64,000 nucleotides of DNA from Bigelowiella natans CCMP2755 (GCA_000320545.1 ADNK01003252.1:11498-75497); one strand, 5' to 3'. Shown: positions 25,015-37,843, numbered from the stretch's first letter. Notes: generated by a model from the sequence alone, not told the origin. Numbers and translations: made by a program.

Positions 25015-25234
25015 TGGCATCAGACATGTGCGCGAATTGCTTTGATTCGGAGAGCTCCAACAATGGACATCTGTGACATTCACCAGCTGAGGGGATTTGC
25101 AGCAGGGGCTTCCGGCATTGCCGGGGGGCCGCCCCAAACAATTCACCGGCATGCATGCTTCAGGTGAAATTGGCCAAGATGCATGCACACGGCTGATCAA
25201 ACGGTCATCAAAAGATCACAATCCAAACAACCAT
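25015..25234 (+). repeat. 3' LTR of Copia A (truncated)
   Basis: Follows the PPT. Identity to the 5' LTR stops at 25234 and no TSD is visible. Confidence 0.85.
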
Positions 25235-25239
25235 CTGTT

Positions 25240-28190
25240 GGACAATGTCTCCTCCCACACACCCGATGATTTGAACCTGTCACGCAGAAGGTTGTCCAAA
25301 CTGCAAAAAAACAAAGTGTCAGTTTCGTTTGAAGGTGAATTTCAAACGCAAAGCGCAAAAACCTGTTGTCAGGTTGTGAACCACTTTCACCTTCCGAATC
25401 AGAACCATCATTGTCACTGTCTTCACCATGGTCGTCAGAAGGGATGTCCTCCTGGCCTCGTTTTCCCACAAACCTTCGTCGCACCTCCCTGTGGCTGGGA
25501 AGTGGGGTTTGGGGTCTGATTCGTCGTCCGTCTCTTCTGAGATGTTGTTTTCCGTGACATTCCAAGACATCATGGCCGGAGGTTCATTGCGTTTTCCACT
25601 TGCTGCGCGGCTGGGCTGTTTTCTTCCACCCTTCTGGTCAGCCATCACTCCATGCACGTGTCGGTTCAAGAATTCGAGTGTGTCCAAATCCACGAAAGTC
25701 CATGCAAAGTCAAGAAGTCCATCAACGTGAATGGAAGACAAGCTTCAGCACTCCTGCGCCAGTTCAGCAGCACACCTTCTGCACTCTTGAGAGGAAGACG
25801 CGACGTCAGAGAATTCTCAATTCCAGTTCACACCCAAATCGTCATGAGCATGAGAACAATGATGGGCACTTTCATGAGTGAAACAAACTGGGACGTGGAA
25901 AAGATCGTGGAGCTCTCTCGCACAGGACGAAGATGCGTGAACTTGGCATTGCCAGTCTTCGGTGGCAGGAAGGTTCAACCTTGCGTCTGTGCCATGTGCA
26001 TGGAATTGCCATTGCAACCAGCAGTGGATTTCCATGAATTCTGCAGAAAGAACTCAATGCCCTGCGATGCCACCCCTGTGTGTGTGCTCAGAACAGCGAG
26101 CACTTGAATGAAAACATCAAAGAAATTGAACGAGAGACACCTGCCCACGTTCACATGGATGGCACGTCTTCTTTGAACACTCTTGGCCACGTGAACTCAA
26201 TGTGTGTTCTTCCATTGACACACGAACATCTCACCAAGGACTGCTCACTTCAAGAAGAGTTGTTGACAGACAAAGAGCTCTTGGAATGTCAGACCAAGTT
26301 GACCAACAGGACACTGCCGGAGGGAGACAATCACTGTGCAAGCTGCGGTTGCAAACTGCACTCGCATGTTTGCGTCAAGATGTGTGGCCATCCTTGGACA
26401 CCTGCAATCGTGCGAATGATGGATTCGGGTGTCAAAGATGACGAAGTCAAGGTGTTGTCATTTTCTCCGGAAGCTCTTGCTGCTTTGACACGTGTTGCTG
26501 TGGATGAAGATGTCGCTCCACAGGAACAGGAGGTTGTGAAGATCAGGAATCCTTCCACGCTTCAAGCTGAAGTCAGGGCTGACAGGACCAAGTTCAAGAA
26601 GTCCAAGGTGTCTTCTGCTCGCAGAAAAGCGTCCAAAAAAGAAAGAAGTGATGTGCATTTTGATGCATTGCGCGCGCCTTGAATGCCTGCAATGTCATTT
26701 GATTTTGATCAGCACGCATCGCACATGTCAGGCGATTTTCACGTCATTTTGACGCATGCAAACAGATGCTGCTGCTGTTCACAGTGCGTGCGTGGCATCA
26801 AATGGTTGCGAACAAGTCCCAGAAACATTGTGCACGCTGCTGAACGCGCTTGGTCGCGCGCAAAGCTTCCAAATGCATGTTCTGGCGATTCGTTGCAGGT
26901 TTGACGGAGCTGTGGACGCTCAGCCAAGCTGCAGATGCTGCAGGTGTGTTCTGTGATCACACACATCGCAATGTGAAGCGCTGCACGCACCCGCGCACGC
27001 GCACAACTCGCCTTTTGCGCTGCAGCAAAAAGTCACCGGGTTTGACCGCGGCGAGTTGTGTCGCCATGCTGGTCGTCCTTTCTGGCTTTCATTCGATTCG
27101 CGCTGGCACACCCGCTTCAGCACAACCAGCGACAAACGAACGCATCACAGACCAGAAACTCGCATTCTTCATCGCACTCATCTTCGTTTGTGTGTCCCAT
27201 TGTCGTTGCCCGTTGCATCGGGCGCTCTAGCGCTCAAGCTAGCTAGTTGGCCGGGTCGAGTTGCGCAGCCACAGCAGCTAGCACAGCCAAATCCTGCTCG
27301 GGAAACGTGCTAGCTGAGGCTGCGCGGACTTGGGGACTGCTGACTGTGCAACAACAACCAGCAAAAGTGAGGCAGCCACCTGTGGACCGCTGGACCGTGC
27401 GAACTGGCACAACGCTAGCAAAGTGAGCTCAAGGGGACGACGTGCACGACGACTTGTTCAGAAGCACCAACAGCAAAACTTTGCTAGTTTGATCCGAAGT
27501 CGAATCACCAATTTTTGCGCTGACCCAGTGGCGTTTGATTTTGACCTTCAGCCAGTGGTGAAACAACCTGGCAATGCTGGAAAGTGCTGGAGTGCAGCGG
27601 ATCAAACGAAAGAGTGGCGGCGCACGTGCACACGTGTGCAGACGTGCAAATTCACAACGCACGCACGTGCACCACAGCGGCGCGCTAGCGCGTGCAATCG
27701 AGGTCTCATCGCGGGAAACTGCGATTCTGCGAATTGAAGGTCACAGGCAAAAAATCTCAAGTGCAAAGCATTGCGAACACCCAGTTTCACATCGAGTTGT
27801 CAGTTCGATTGCAAGGTGATGGCTGGATCGGATTGGGGCGCATCAGAAGTCCCAGAGTCATCTGCGTCACGATGATGGTGCCATGCGACATCGGGCTTGC
27901 CCGGCAGAGCTGGAGAGACAAACCTGGAAACGGATGGAACGTGAACGTGGGTTCAAACCTCTTTGCAACGTGCACCGTCAGATCGTTTGCAAGCCGTTTG
28001 TCCGTTTTTTGGAATGAAACAATGAATTTGATGAAGACTGGACTAGACCTAGAAACAATGAAACAATGATGAAAAACTGCATTTCCAAAGTGTTGCAAGA
28101 CACTTGCAGCGTGCAAAATGCAGTGCCTCGAACTGGTTTCAGTGAGGACTGTGACTAGCAAATCAACTAGCTGGTTTGCCAAAATGGCAT
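25240..28190. mobile_element. Unclassified TpA-free repeat remnants with degenerate coding-like stretches
   Basis: Tyr-free ORF fragments at 25652-26682 with CxxC pairs. gtttgacggagctgtg is shared between ~26899 and ~31688. No family recognised. Confidence 0.4.
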
Positions 28191-28194
28191 GACT

Positions 28195-28760
28195 TGGTCA
28201 TTGAGAAGCAATGACATTGGCAGCAAAATTCTGACGGCGCAAGACCTCCACTCTGAGCAAAAACTTCCTGAAGGCCATGTCCACATGACGATCTACGATT
28301 GGATCATCTGAGGGGGCCCCCAGCAGAATTTTTGGTTTTGGAGGAGTCTGGAGCGTCAAAGAATGAAGAGTGGAGGGAAGAAGCTGAACTCAGAGCTGAT
28401 CTCATGTGCGAGAGAAGCTTGCATCTCTCTGCATTCAAGTGAGTGCAATGATGGATGAGGTGGTTGACACTTTGAACAACTTCAGAATTGCAAAGAGGAC
28501 ACACCGAGAAAGAGGGGGGCAAGTTGCAAATTTTAGCCCTGTGTTCCTCAGTTTCGCAAGTCTAGATCTACAGCTACACGTAGCACATTGCAAAGTACGA
28601 AACAGTGCTTTACTCGTAGAAGAGTGGAGCGGCCGATTGACTGCAAACTAGTGGATTTTGTAGGCGCGACAACGCTTTTCGATGATTGGACACTAAGGAA
28701 TTACATGTCTTGAGCTAAATCTAGCTGTTATGAATTTCCTTCGGGAGATCAAGCTTTGAT
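28195..28760 (-). mobile_element. 3' fragment of a non-LTR (LINE) retrotransposon
   Basis: C-terminal knuckle CPLCNSEVVQSVNHLIHHC. The last ~95 bp are homologous (inverted) to 43941-44035. Confidence 0.65.
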
Positions 28761-29076
28761 TCCAAGAAAAACGATGAGATCTTTGAAGTGCGACAACGAT
28801 TTAGGTGAAATTTGACTACACAAAATAGCATGCATTTTGGACATGTGGTTTAATAGTCGACCGACCGACCGTTAGAATTGAAATCCTGCCTGAAGGAAAT
28901 CACAAATCAGCGGATCTGACAAATCAAGATGCACGAAGGCTTGCTTGTGAGCACCATTTTTTTTGTTCCACGATCAATACCACTAACCCTATCGACTACA
29001 GGACACCTAAATTTGCCTTCCTCTCACCTCTTTTCTCATCAAGCCTGCGTGTCACGTCATACAACCGTCTTTGCCC

Positions 29077-30559
29077 ATGGCTTCGGTTTCAGTGATGATT
29101 GTTTTTGTGATCTATTTTTTTAAAGTTCATCGCAATCAGCGGGATCTCGGCCGTCTGGATTCCCGGGGATTCAACTGGAACCGTACTCACATCCGAATTC
29201 ACAACAGAAAATCAGGTATGTTGTCATGATCACATAGATTCTTCGCAAAACATAAAAGAAAGAAATGAAATTTTTATCTAGGAACGCAACTTCGAGAATG
29301 TGACCTCGGTTGAGAAGGGTGGGATAGGAGACAACATGTTCAACTTCGTCGAGACTGTACCAGCGAAATGTAGCCCCACCAATAAGTGTGGGTTGATCAT
29401 GGACATCCACGGGGCGAAGATGAATGCAAAGATGCAGGAGCAAAGTACTCACATCTTAAAATACGGCGACGATTACATCAACATTCGCCCTCAGATAAGC
29501 ACCATGAATTGGATGACGGACCACTTTGAAGGATTGCACATCGTAGAAGCTTACCTCCGGAAAGCAGTTACAAAGCATGCTGCTATACTCGACACAAGCA
29601 GGATTCACGTCACCGGATTTTCTATGGGAGGATTCATGGCTTTCAATCTTCTCTGCCTAGCGTCTGACATCATCTGCTCGATTGCGTCCGTTGCTGTACC
29701 TCCTGATGGCGTCTACTCATCCGGCGTTGGATATGTTATGCCTGGGTTTGTACTCAACCCGTCTGCACGTGGATATAAGAATTGTTTCGTGGATGGCAGT
29801 GGCCCTAATTTCAAGAGGTCCATCATGTATCAACAGGGCAAGTACGACATTTTCTTCAGCCCTGCCTCATTCAGCAAGAATGTGGCTAGCATGAAAGAGC
29901 TCTATGGCCTCACAGGCAGCGGCGAGAAGCTGAACAAGGGCCAGGGAGTCGACTGGACTCGGTACAGCAAAGAGGATGTCAACATTGAGACGGCTATGTA
30001 CGACTTCAACACCTCTCTCTCTGGGGCAGGATGGCCTCCCGGAACAACTTGGTATTACCGCGGACACTGCATCCCCAGCAAAATGCAGTCTGGAGACCCA
30101 AACAGTGGCACGAACTGCGGGAATGAGCATGGGTACAACTGGGGCAAGGAGGTGGTAAATTTCTTCAAGGCCAACCACTGCAAAATTCAATCCAGTGCCA
30201 CCCACAACCATGGACGGAAACTAGGCAATGGCTGTCCCGAACAGATGCCTCACCGATACCCTGGTGTGAATTATCGTTGCTTCAAGGAGGTCTGGTCGGG
30301 CGAGAGCTGCAATGTTGACCCTAATCAGAGCGTGGACCCGCCGTGTATCTACGCTCCAAGAGTTTGTAATTCAACGTCCAACCATGGCAAAAAGCTTGCC
30401 AATGGTTGTCCTAAGCAGATGCCGTACCGCTATCCCAACAACAACCGATGTTTCGCTAAGATTTGGGAAGGGAAGACATGCAACGTGAATCCCGAAGCGG
30501 ACCCTCTTCCCCAACAGAAATTCGATTTGAAGTGTTGCTATGACAGTTATCTTGATTGA
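29077..30559 (+). CDS. Probably secreted alpha/beta-hydrolase (PHB-depolymerase/esterase-like) with two C-terminal Cys-rich repeats; 2 exons
   Basis: Exon 29282-30559 has IHG, the nucleophile elbow RIHVTGFSMGGFMA, QGKYD and GHC, plus two NHGxKLxNGCPxQMPxRYP..RCF..W.G..CNV.P repeats. A putative signal-peptide exon at 29077-29215 needs one fewer T in the T-run at 29115-29121. Confidence 0.75.
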
Positions 30560-30789
30560 TATGTTCCATATCTGCATCCAGTGCACGAGATATACCTTTT
30601 TGTTGTTTGTGCTGTGTGTATGAACACATTTATTGTAACATGTTCAACTTTTCTCTCAAATCCCCATTGCTCAATTAATGCACAGCATTTATACCTTCAT
30701 CAGTACATTTTGACTTTTCATTAAATTCTACATGCTTGTGCGTGTGAGAGTGAGCTAGAAAGAGGGAGAGAGATTCACAAGAAAATCGT

Positions 30790-32340
30790 TCCATCTTTTG
30801 TGCTGTTCCAGTGTTGCTGTGTTGCTTGATCGATGCAACGGTGTTGTCGTGTCTGGATGAGCTTGCTAGCTTGGCAGAACAATGCACACTTGCCTCAAGC
30901 CTGAGAACGACCCGAATGCTGCTTGTGAGTCAGCAAACACGTTCTTGCCAAGGAGTGCATGCGACGGAATTCTGAAGCACTTTTTGGTGCAGTTTTCACA
31001 GTGAACATTCAAGTTGAACAGTCACAAGGTCCACTGCTTCTCAAACTCAGACCTTCCAAGCAAGTTGACACCGGAACGGTGCCTCCAGGCCACCTGGAAC
31101 ACCACAACGACACGAGCATTGTCCAATGAAGGATTCCCGTTCGATGTGCGATGTGTGCCTAGCTCAGAAATGGTGAAATGCACGTTTGTCGCTGATGCCA
31201 GAAATCCGGACGGAACACTCGTTTTGGCATTTGACCAATCTGGCAATGTCTGCGAGGTGGGTTGAGGACACGATGGTCCAAAAGTTGCAATTTCAGATTT
31301 CATCAACGTGTTGCACGAATCTCTTGAAATTTCGTCACTTTCACACTTTTTGAAATTTTCCATGTGATGCAATGGACGTTGGATTTGCTCGCATTTCTTT
31401 GAAATTTTTCGTGCATGCAAAGATTGGTTGAATGCACGCGCAAAAGCACTCAAAGTGTGGCAGAGAACAAACGCTTTGCGTGCATCCTCTGCACAACGGG
31501 TGTGAATTTTCACACTTTGCGTGCTCTCTGAGGCCTCAAAAATGGACATCAGGGCCAACGTTTCGGTCATTTTTTGAGGTTTGGCCATCGGACAAGTTCT
31601 GATGACTTTTTCTTGACCAACTTCAACTGCTTGTGCTTCAAAGCGCGTCGCAAAGCGCTGCACTGTTCACAACCCCGTCGTTGCCGGGTTTGACGGAGCT
31701 GTGTCAAAATTCAATTTTTGACCGACAGACAGAAACGACCAAACTAGCGCAGCAGAAAAACGTGTCATTTTCGAAGGCCAAAAACGCTGTTTTGCGAATG
31801 CGAAAAATGCAATGCTTTTGGAGGCAAGAGTTGCAAGCAACGTGCGCTGCAGTGGTGTTTTGAATGCGCAAGCGCAGCGCGTGCGCACACGCCCATTCAG
31901 CTGTCTAGCTAGCTAGCCATGCGCTGATCACATGTGCTGCACACAAAAATTCCTGGCCAGCTTCGTGCGAACACATCTCACTTTCTCACCACGCGCTGAA
32001 GCTTCTAATTGCTTTCAAAAGCTCGCGCTTGCTCAAGCACAAAACTTGTCACAGATTTGACCGAGCTGTCTAGCTGAGAATCATGCACGCATCGCAATGG
32101 CTGCCTGTCATTGCACCAGCAGGGCGACCAAATGATTGTGTGTGCTGCACGTGCGAGCCACAGCAGCTGGCAAGATTTCTAGATTTGAGCACGTTGCGGG
32201 CATGCTAGCATCTAGGCATGGCTACGCACTTGTGTGGCGCATGCATGCTAGTGTGCAGTGTGCACATCGATCACAATTTCACATCAGGCACAAATCGTCA
32301 AGTCTAGAAGCAAGGACTACAATTCACGTCTCTAGCGTCT
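30790..32340. other. TpA-depleted repeat domain 2 (unclassified repeat)
   Basis: TA survives almost only as CTAG/CTA; shares motifs with 26880-27300. Confidence 0.8.
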
Positions 32341-33169
32341 ATCTTGGTTAGCTGGTATTAGCGAACACGTTGTATTTTCCATGCATATTGATATTCTCCC
32401 GGCCACAAACGCATGAGGATCAACATGTTGCACCTAAAGAGGCTCACACTTCCAAAACACGCATACATGCCAACCATGTACACTTTTATGCCAACAACAT
32501 TGTCTGAATTACGAGCATCCTCACTAATTCGCTACTACTACTAATTTACTACTACTCATTCACGATACTTTAATTATTTCCTCACAGTGATGCGAGCAGG
32601 CTCCTCGATCGTTGTGTTACGGAACAAAAGTTTTAATTGACTTGTTGATACTTGTATTGGCCACCTCTCTCCCTCCTTGGGACTCCAGTGGGAGTAACAC
32701 CACCACACATTGAACCACATATCAACCGAATTCCTTTCAAATGACAACACAAAGACAAAAATGACGAAAGAATTTGTTATTCAAATTGCATTTATATCCT
32801 TTTATAAGAAAAGACACAAAAGAATAAGCAACGCACAAAGTGTTGAATCATGATATATTAGTAATCAAATTCTATATTTGTTCCTAACAATGATGTTGCC
32901 TTCTTTCTACTGAAGCATTTTGTAGAACGCAAACTTTTTATCATTAAAGGAAAAAAATCATACAAAATTTGTCGTATGAATCGACCTGCAACGAAACCAC
33001 TTCCTTGTCCAAGATGACCACCAACATTTGCTCCAAGATTTGTGATGGCGACCTACAAATGGTGGCATTTCGTAATAATCTTTAAAATCACAACTTAAAA
33101 TCCATGTTGCTCACACCAAAAACTGATTTAACCAAAATTAAAGAAAAATCAGAAATTGTGTAATGTTTT

Positions 33170-33860
33170 CCGTGCGACTTGTGCTAATTCGTCGACGCAA
33201 CGCCTTGTGGCAACCACTAACTATGTGTTGTTCAACGTTGCTTATCATCCTAACTCATCCATCATCATTATCATCATCACCATCATCATTATCATCATCA
33301 TCACATATTATCTTATCTTACCTGGCATTTTCGTTGGTGAGCAGCAACTTCTAGCATCATATTCAAAATTCCCTATTGTTGAGAAAAACAACAAAATATT
33401 TGGATAATAAAATTATAGGTAGTGTATTACATGTTCCTTCTTCTTCTTCTTCTTCTTCTTCTTCTTCTTCTGCATGATTGATTGGTTGATTGATTGATTG
33501 ATTGATTGATATCACTACTATCTTAATAATAATAACTGTACTTCTAAGTCCATCTTTATTGCCCTTGCTACTTCTTCTGGCGAATTTGCAATTTTCTTCT
33601 TCTTTTTCGTCTCTTTTTGATCAAATAAGTCTACACCACCACGGCTCCTATATTAACAAACGATATCATCAGCACCACATTATTTTAGATCAGAGAGGTA
33701 GGTATTGCTGACGAAACTTAATAGCATCAACATCTATCCCCTCTGTAGCTACTTCTACTGCTTCTTCTTCTTCTTCTTCTTCTTCTCTATGCCTGTTTCT
33801 GCTTATCAGTAAGTAATTAACTTCACAGCTAGTAGCAGTAGCAGTAGCAGCAGCAGCAAC

Positions 33861-33891
<31 letters not shown>

Positions 33892-33935
33892 ATAGTCCCA
33901 TACAATCTAGCTGCTCTGCCCCCCTCTCCCTCTCC

Positions 33936-33969
<34 letters not shown>

Positions 33970-34262
33970 TGTAACAGCTGCCACGTCCCTTAATCCGTTA
34001 TCCGTTCGTCATTCTGATACGAACGGATACGTACTAATACGCACTGGTACTACATACTAATGCACATGATGATCATGCACTTAACAAAGGTAGAACCTCT
34101 TATCACCACCAGCAGCAGCAACCTCAGATGCTGGTATGATGATGCTATCGTTGCTATCATTGCCATTATCGACGAAAGTCCCGCCTGCTGCTGCTGCTAC
34201 TAGTGGTTTTGATGAAGAAGTAGTATCTTTAACTGGTTGTCTGTGTGATTGTGGTGCAGAGC

Positions 34263-34294
<32 letters not shown>

Positions 34295-34483
34295 AATGAG
34301 AAAGGAGAAGTACTAAGCAGCGTGCGAGTAGATAAAACTAATTTACAGTTATTTAGTATTTACACCATCTACCAATTCACCGATGTCGTCATAATCAATC
34401 AATCAGCAGCAAAATCAATCCATTTACCATTTGATGATGATGCTAGTTGATGATGATGATGATATGATTATTAATAGCATATT

Positions 34484-34526
<43 letters not shown>

Positions 34527-35789
34527 ATACAATTTATTACTACTATATATTCTCAATATATTGACATCCGCTGCGAAGATATAACTCTACACAAACAGAT
34601 TAAAAACGTATGCGCAATGATCTTGATTTATCATCATCATCATCATCATCATTATAGTCCAACATCATACCATTACTATCCCTACAACTACCATTGCTAC
34701 TACTACTACTACTACTACTACCTCTTAGAGTACTGGTGTGCTGCCTGTTGCTCGATATACTTATCAATTCTTTTAGATATCGAAGCACATTGTTTCTTTA
34801 TCATTTGATACGATACATCCGCAAGTGTTCTTGGCACTTCCAGTAGCTCAACATCAAATAATAGTACATCTCTACTGCTGCTGGGTTGCTTATGTTTGCC
34901 TCTCCTACTACTACGGACACCATGGTGTTTCTGCTGACGAGTTCTTCGATCAACAGCTAAGCTGCTACCCCCTTCATCTCGATCGAAATCATAATCATCA
35001 TCATCGAGGTCATCATCATCATCGTCATCGTTGAGGTTGTCTTCTTCTTCTTCTTCCAAGTTGCTTTGATCTCCTCCTTCCCTTCCTCCTCTTCTTCCTC
35101 CAATAGATTCATCATCATCTCCTAATCCTCCTATTCCTCCATCAAACTAAACAAAATAAAGAAGAAGAAAGACGTATAGATGACAAGAAGAGATGAGACG
35201 ATAATAAGAAGAGTGTAATGCACTACTACAATTCGTTTGTTTGGCTACTTCTTACTTGCACTTGCTAACTACGTACCGTCTATCAATGCTATTGTGCCTG
35301 AGCTAGATAGTGTTGTAAATAAGCAAGCTACTACTACTACTACTACTGCTACTACTACTACCTATCTACCTACAGGACTACAACTATTCTTCTCTACCTC
35401 TACATCCAAACCAAGAAGGTTCTCTAAATCGGTAATTCTTGCTACGAATCGTTTCCTCTGTTGTAAAATAATTGCGTTTGTTTGTTGTCACAATAACTTT
35501 TCACCGCCATTAGCTCCAGCACTCAACCAGTTCAGTTCATTCACTCATTTACACACCACGTAGATTATATACCAATAATGTTAGTAGCTGCTACACTATG
35601 CAGTCGAAGACGATGACATAATGATAATAATAATAATATTAGGATTATCAGACAAACACATCATCATCCCCAACAGCATAAATTCATACGTATATGCAAG
35701 TGATACGCATAGAAGATTATTACTCCACAACAAAATAAATGGAAAGAAATTAGTTCTTATCTCACACAGAACTTGTGGCAGCAAATATG

Positions 35790-35833
<44 letters not shown>

Positions 35834-36442
35834 CGCAATAATTACCGAAACATCACGCTGTATTCGCATTTCTCCAATCTTTTTCCGGAGGGTCTCAAGT
35901 TCTCCAAACACTTTGAGGAATTCTGTCTTGGCATAATTTCTCTTTTTGCGGTCAGATTCGGCCTTGAATGAGAGGAGTAGGGAAGATGTGTGAGGTTTTT
36001 GAGGTTTAGAGCAGCAGTAGCACAAATGATGTAGCGAGAGTAAAAGAGCGAAATTTGTGGTAACAATCCCTTACCACAATCCAAAGGAAATATACATAAT
36101 GAAGAATGGGGGAAAAGGTGGTGTAGTAGCAGCAGCAAATGAAATCCTCTTACTGTGATGATCATGATAGTAGGTAGTTAAAGTATATATGTAAGCATAT
36201 AGATGATTTCTCTTCTCACTATAACACATGACGATAGGCCCGCTACTACATCTACTACTACTACTACTACTACTCTCATCACTACTAGTACGTACAACTT
36301 ATTCTTTCTCTCGTTCTTCTAGGGTATACTACTACAACTACACTACTACTACTACTACTGCTACTACTACCTGCTTTTTGGCAATTAGGGCTACTTGCTG
36401 CAGTCGCTGTATCTCCCTCATCGATGATTCCTGACATCATAC

Positions 36443-36475
<33 letters not shown>

Positions 36476-37518
36476 TATCATCATCGTTATCATCAACCCC
36501 ATGGACGCAGCGGCAGGAGCAACAGCAGTAGTAGGAGATGTAAATTTGTATATTCACTCTCGCATAGTCACAAACAAACAGTGTGTTGGTTAGGAGATGG
36601 GGGGAGGGCCTTCTTCATCTATTCATTTGTTTATGTGTTTTTAGTTCCAACAATAGATATAGTATTTTTAAGTATGTTGAAAATGGGGTAAATAATAAAG
36701 TAAATAACAATTTTACTGACTCACTTACTACCTTAAAAGACTTCATCTCTTTTTGAAACTGATAGATAACAATGCAAACGATAATGATTACAATAATAGA
36801 GTAATGATACACATATCAACCTATCTACGAGTTGAACAAAACACAAAAAAAAAAAGAAGAATAAAAATACGACAATAATAACGAAAATGAATATACTGAG
36901 TAGCAGAAGAGTATCATCATGCATGAAGCTTCTTTTTATGCGGGGTTGCTGCTGCTCTTAGGTGATGATTATTATCTTCTTCTTCTTCTTCTTCTTCTTC
37001 TTCTTCTTCTTCTCGTAGTCTTCCTCTCACTGGAAAATAATAGCTTGCTGCATTCATAGAAATAGAAGCAGCAGCACAAGCGGCGGCTTTGCACTTCCAC
37101 TTATCATGATTTATTTCTCATTGCGAGCTGCTTTTACTTTCTGATTTAATTGCGAACGAAGTTGATCCAAATTGGTGCTTTGCAGCTTTTCATTTGCAGC
37201 ATTTAGCTTTGTCTGCAACTCCCTACACCATCCATTAACATAATGATAATTCTCAATACTATTATTATTTGTTACTACTATTTTTTAAATCAGAAAATGC
37301 CCTTTGGCTCAAGCAGAAATCGGTCAAAATGATAGGCTCTCCATATCCTTTGGCTCAAGCAAAGATCGCTCAAATAATAAGCTCTCCATATCCACTGATT
37401 CAGTCGATATAATGATGACTTGTTCTTCTTCTTCTTCTTCCTCCTCCTCCTCTTCTTCTTCTCCCAGCAAGACCAACATAGTTATTGCCAAAGGTCGGCA
37501 TTCACATAGAAGAGAAGA

Positions 37519-37549
<31 letters not shown>

Positions 37550-37811
37550 AAGAAAGATAATACATGCTACTACTGCTACTACTAGTAGTAGTACTACTAG
37601 TACAGCTGTTGATTATTATGACATTGTCTTTTGCTTTTGGATGCCTTTTATCTTCTCTTCGTTCTGGTGCAAAACCTGTACCTGATGATGATGATGATGG
37701 TGATGATGGTGGTGGTGATGATGATAACTACGGATAGAGTATTAACTGATCGCTCTATTGTCGTTTCATCAGTCAGAGGTAGAAGGCAGGTAGAGTTGTG
37801 ACAATAAGTAT

Positions 37812-37843
<32 letters not shown>

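Larger units (their letters stand above)
12566..25234 (+). mobile_element. Ty1/Copia LTR retrotransposon A (host element, inactivated, carries two nested insertions)
   Basis: Shared LTR sequence at 12566-12785 and 25015-25234, PBS at 12877, gag zinc knuckles (CHACGETGHLQRNC, CSHCSKRGHLESAC), protease WTIDSGAT, GAG-pre-integrase LWHLRLGH, integrase TDGGEF..SNRAER, RT/RNase H, PPT aaggggagaa at 25004-25013. Order PR-INT-RT-RH is Copia-type. Confidence 0.92.
10200..28550. other. TpA-depleted repeat domain 1
   Basis: TA is nearly absent over ~18 kb and survivors are mostly CTAG/CTA/TAG. Long transposon ORFs have almost no Tyr. Confidence 0.92.

Noticed and set aside
12566-25234. Classical fungal RIP, APOBEC or ADAR editing
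   Set aside because: RIP and APOBEC give C->T/G->A, and RIP raises TA. ADAR would be sense-strand biased, limited to RNA intermediates and would favour UAG, whereas CTAG is spared here.
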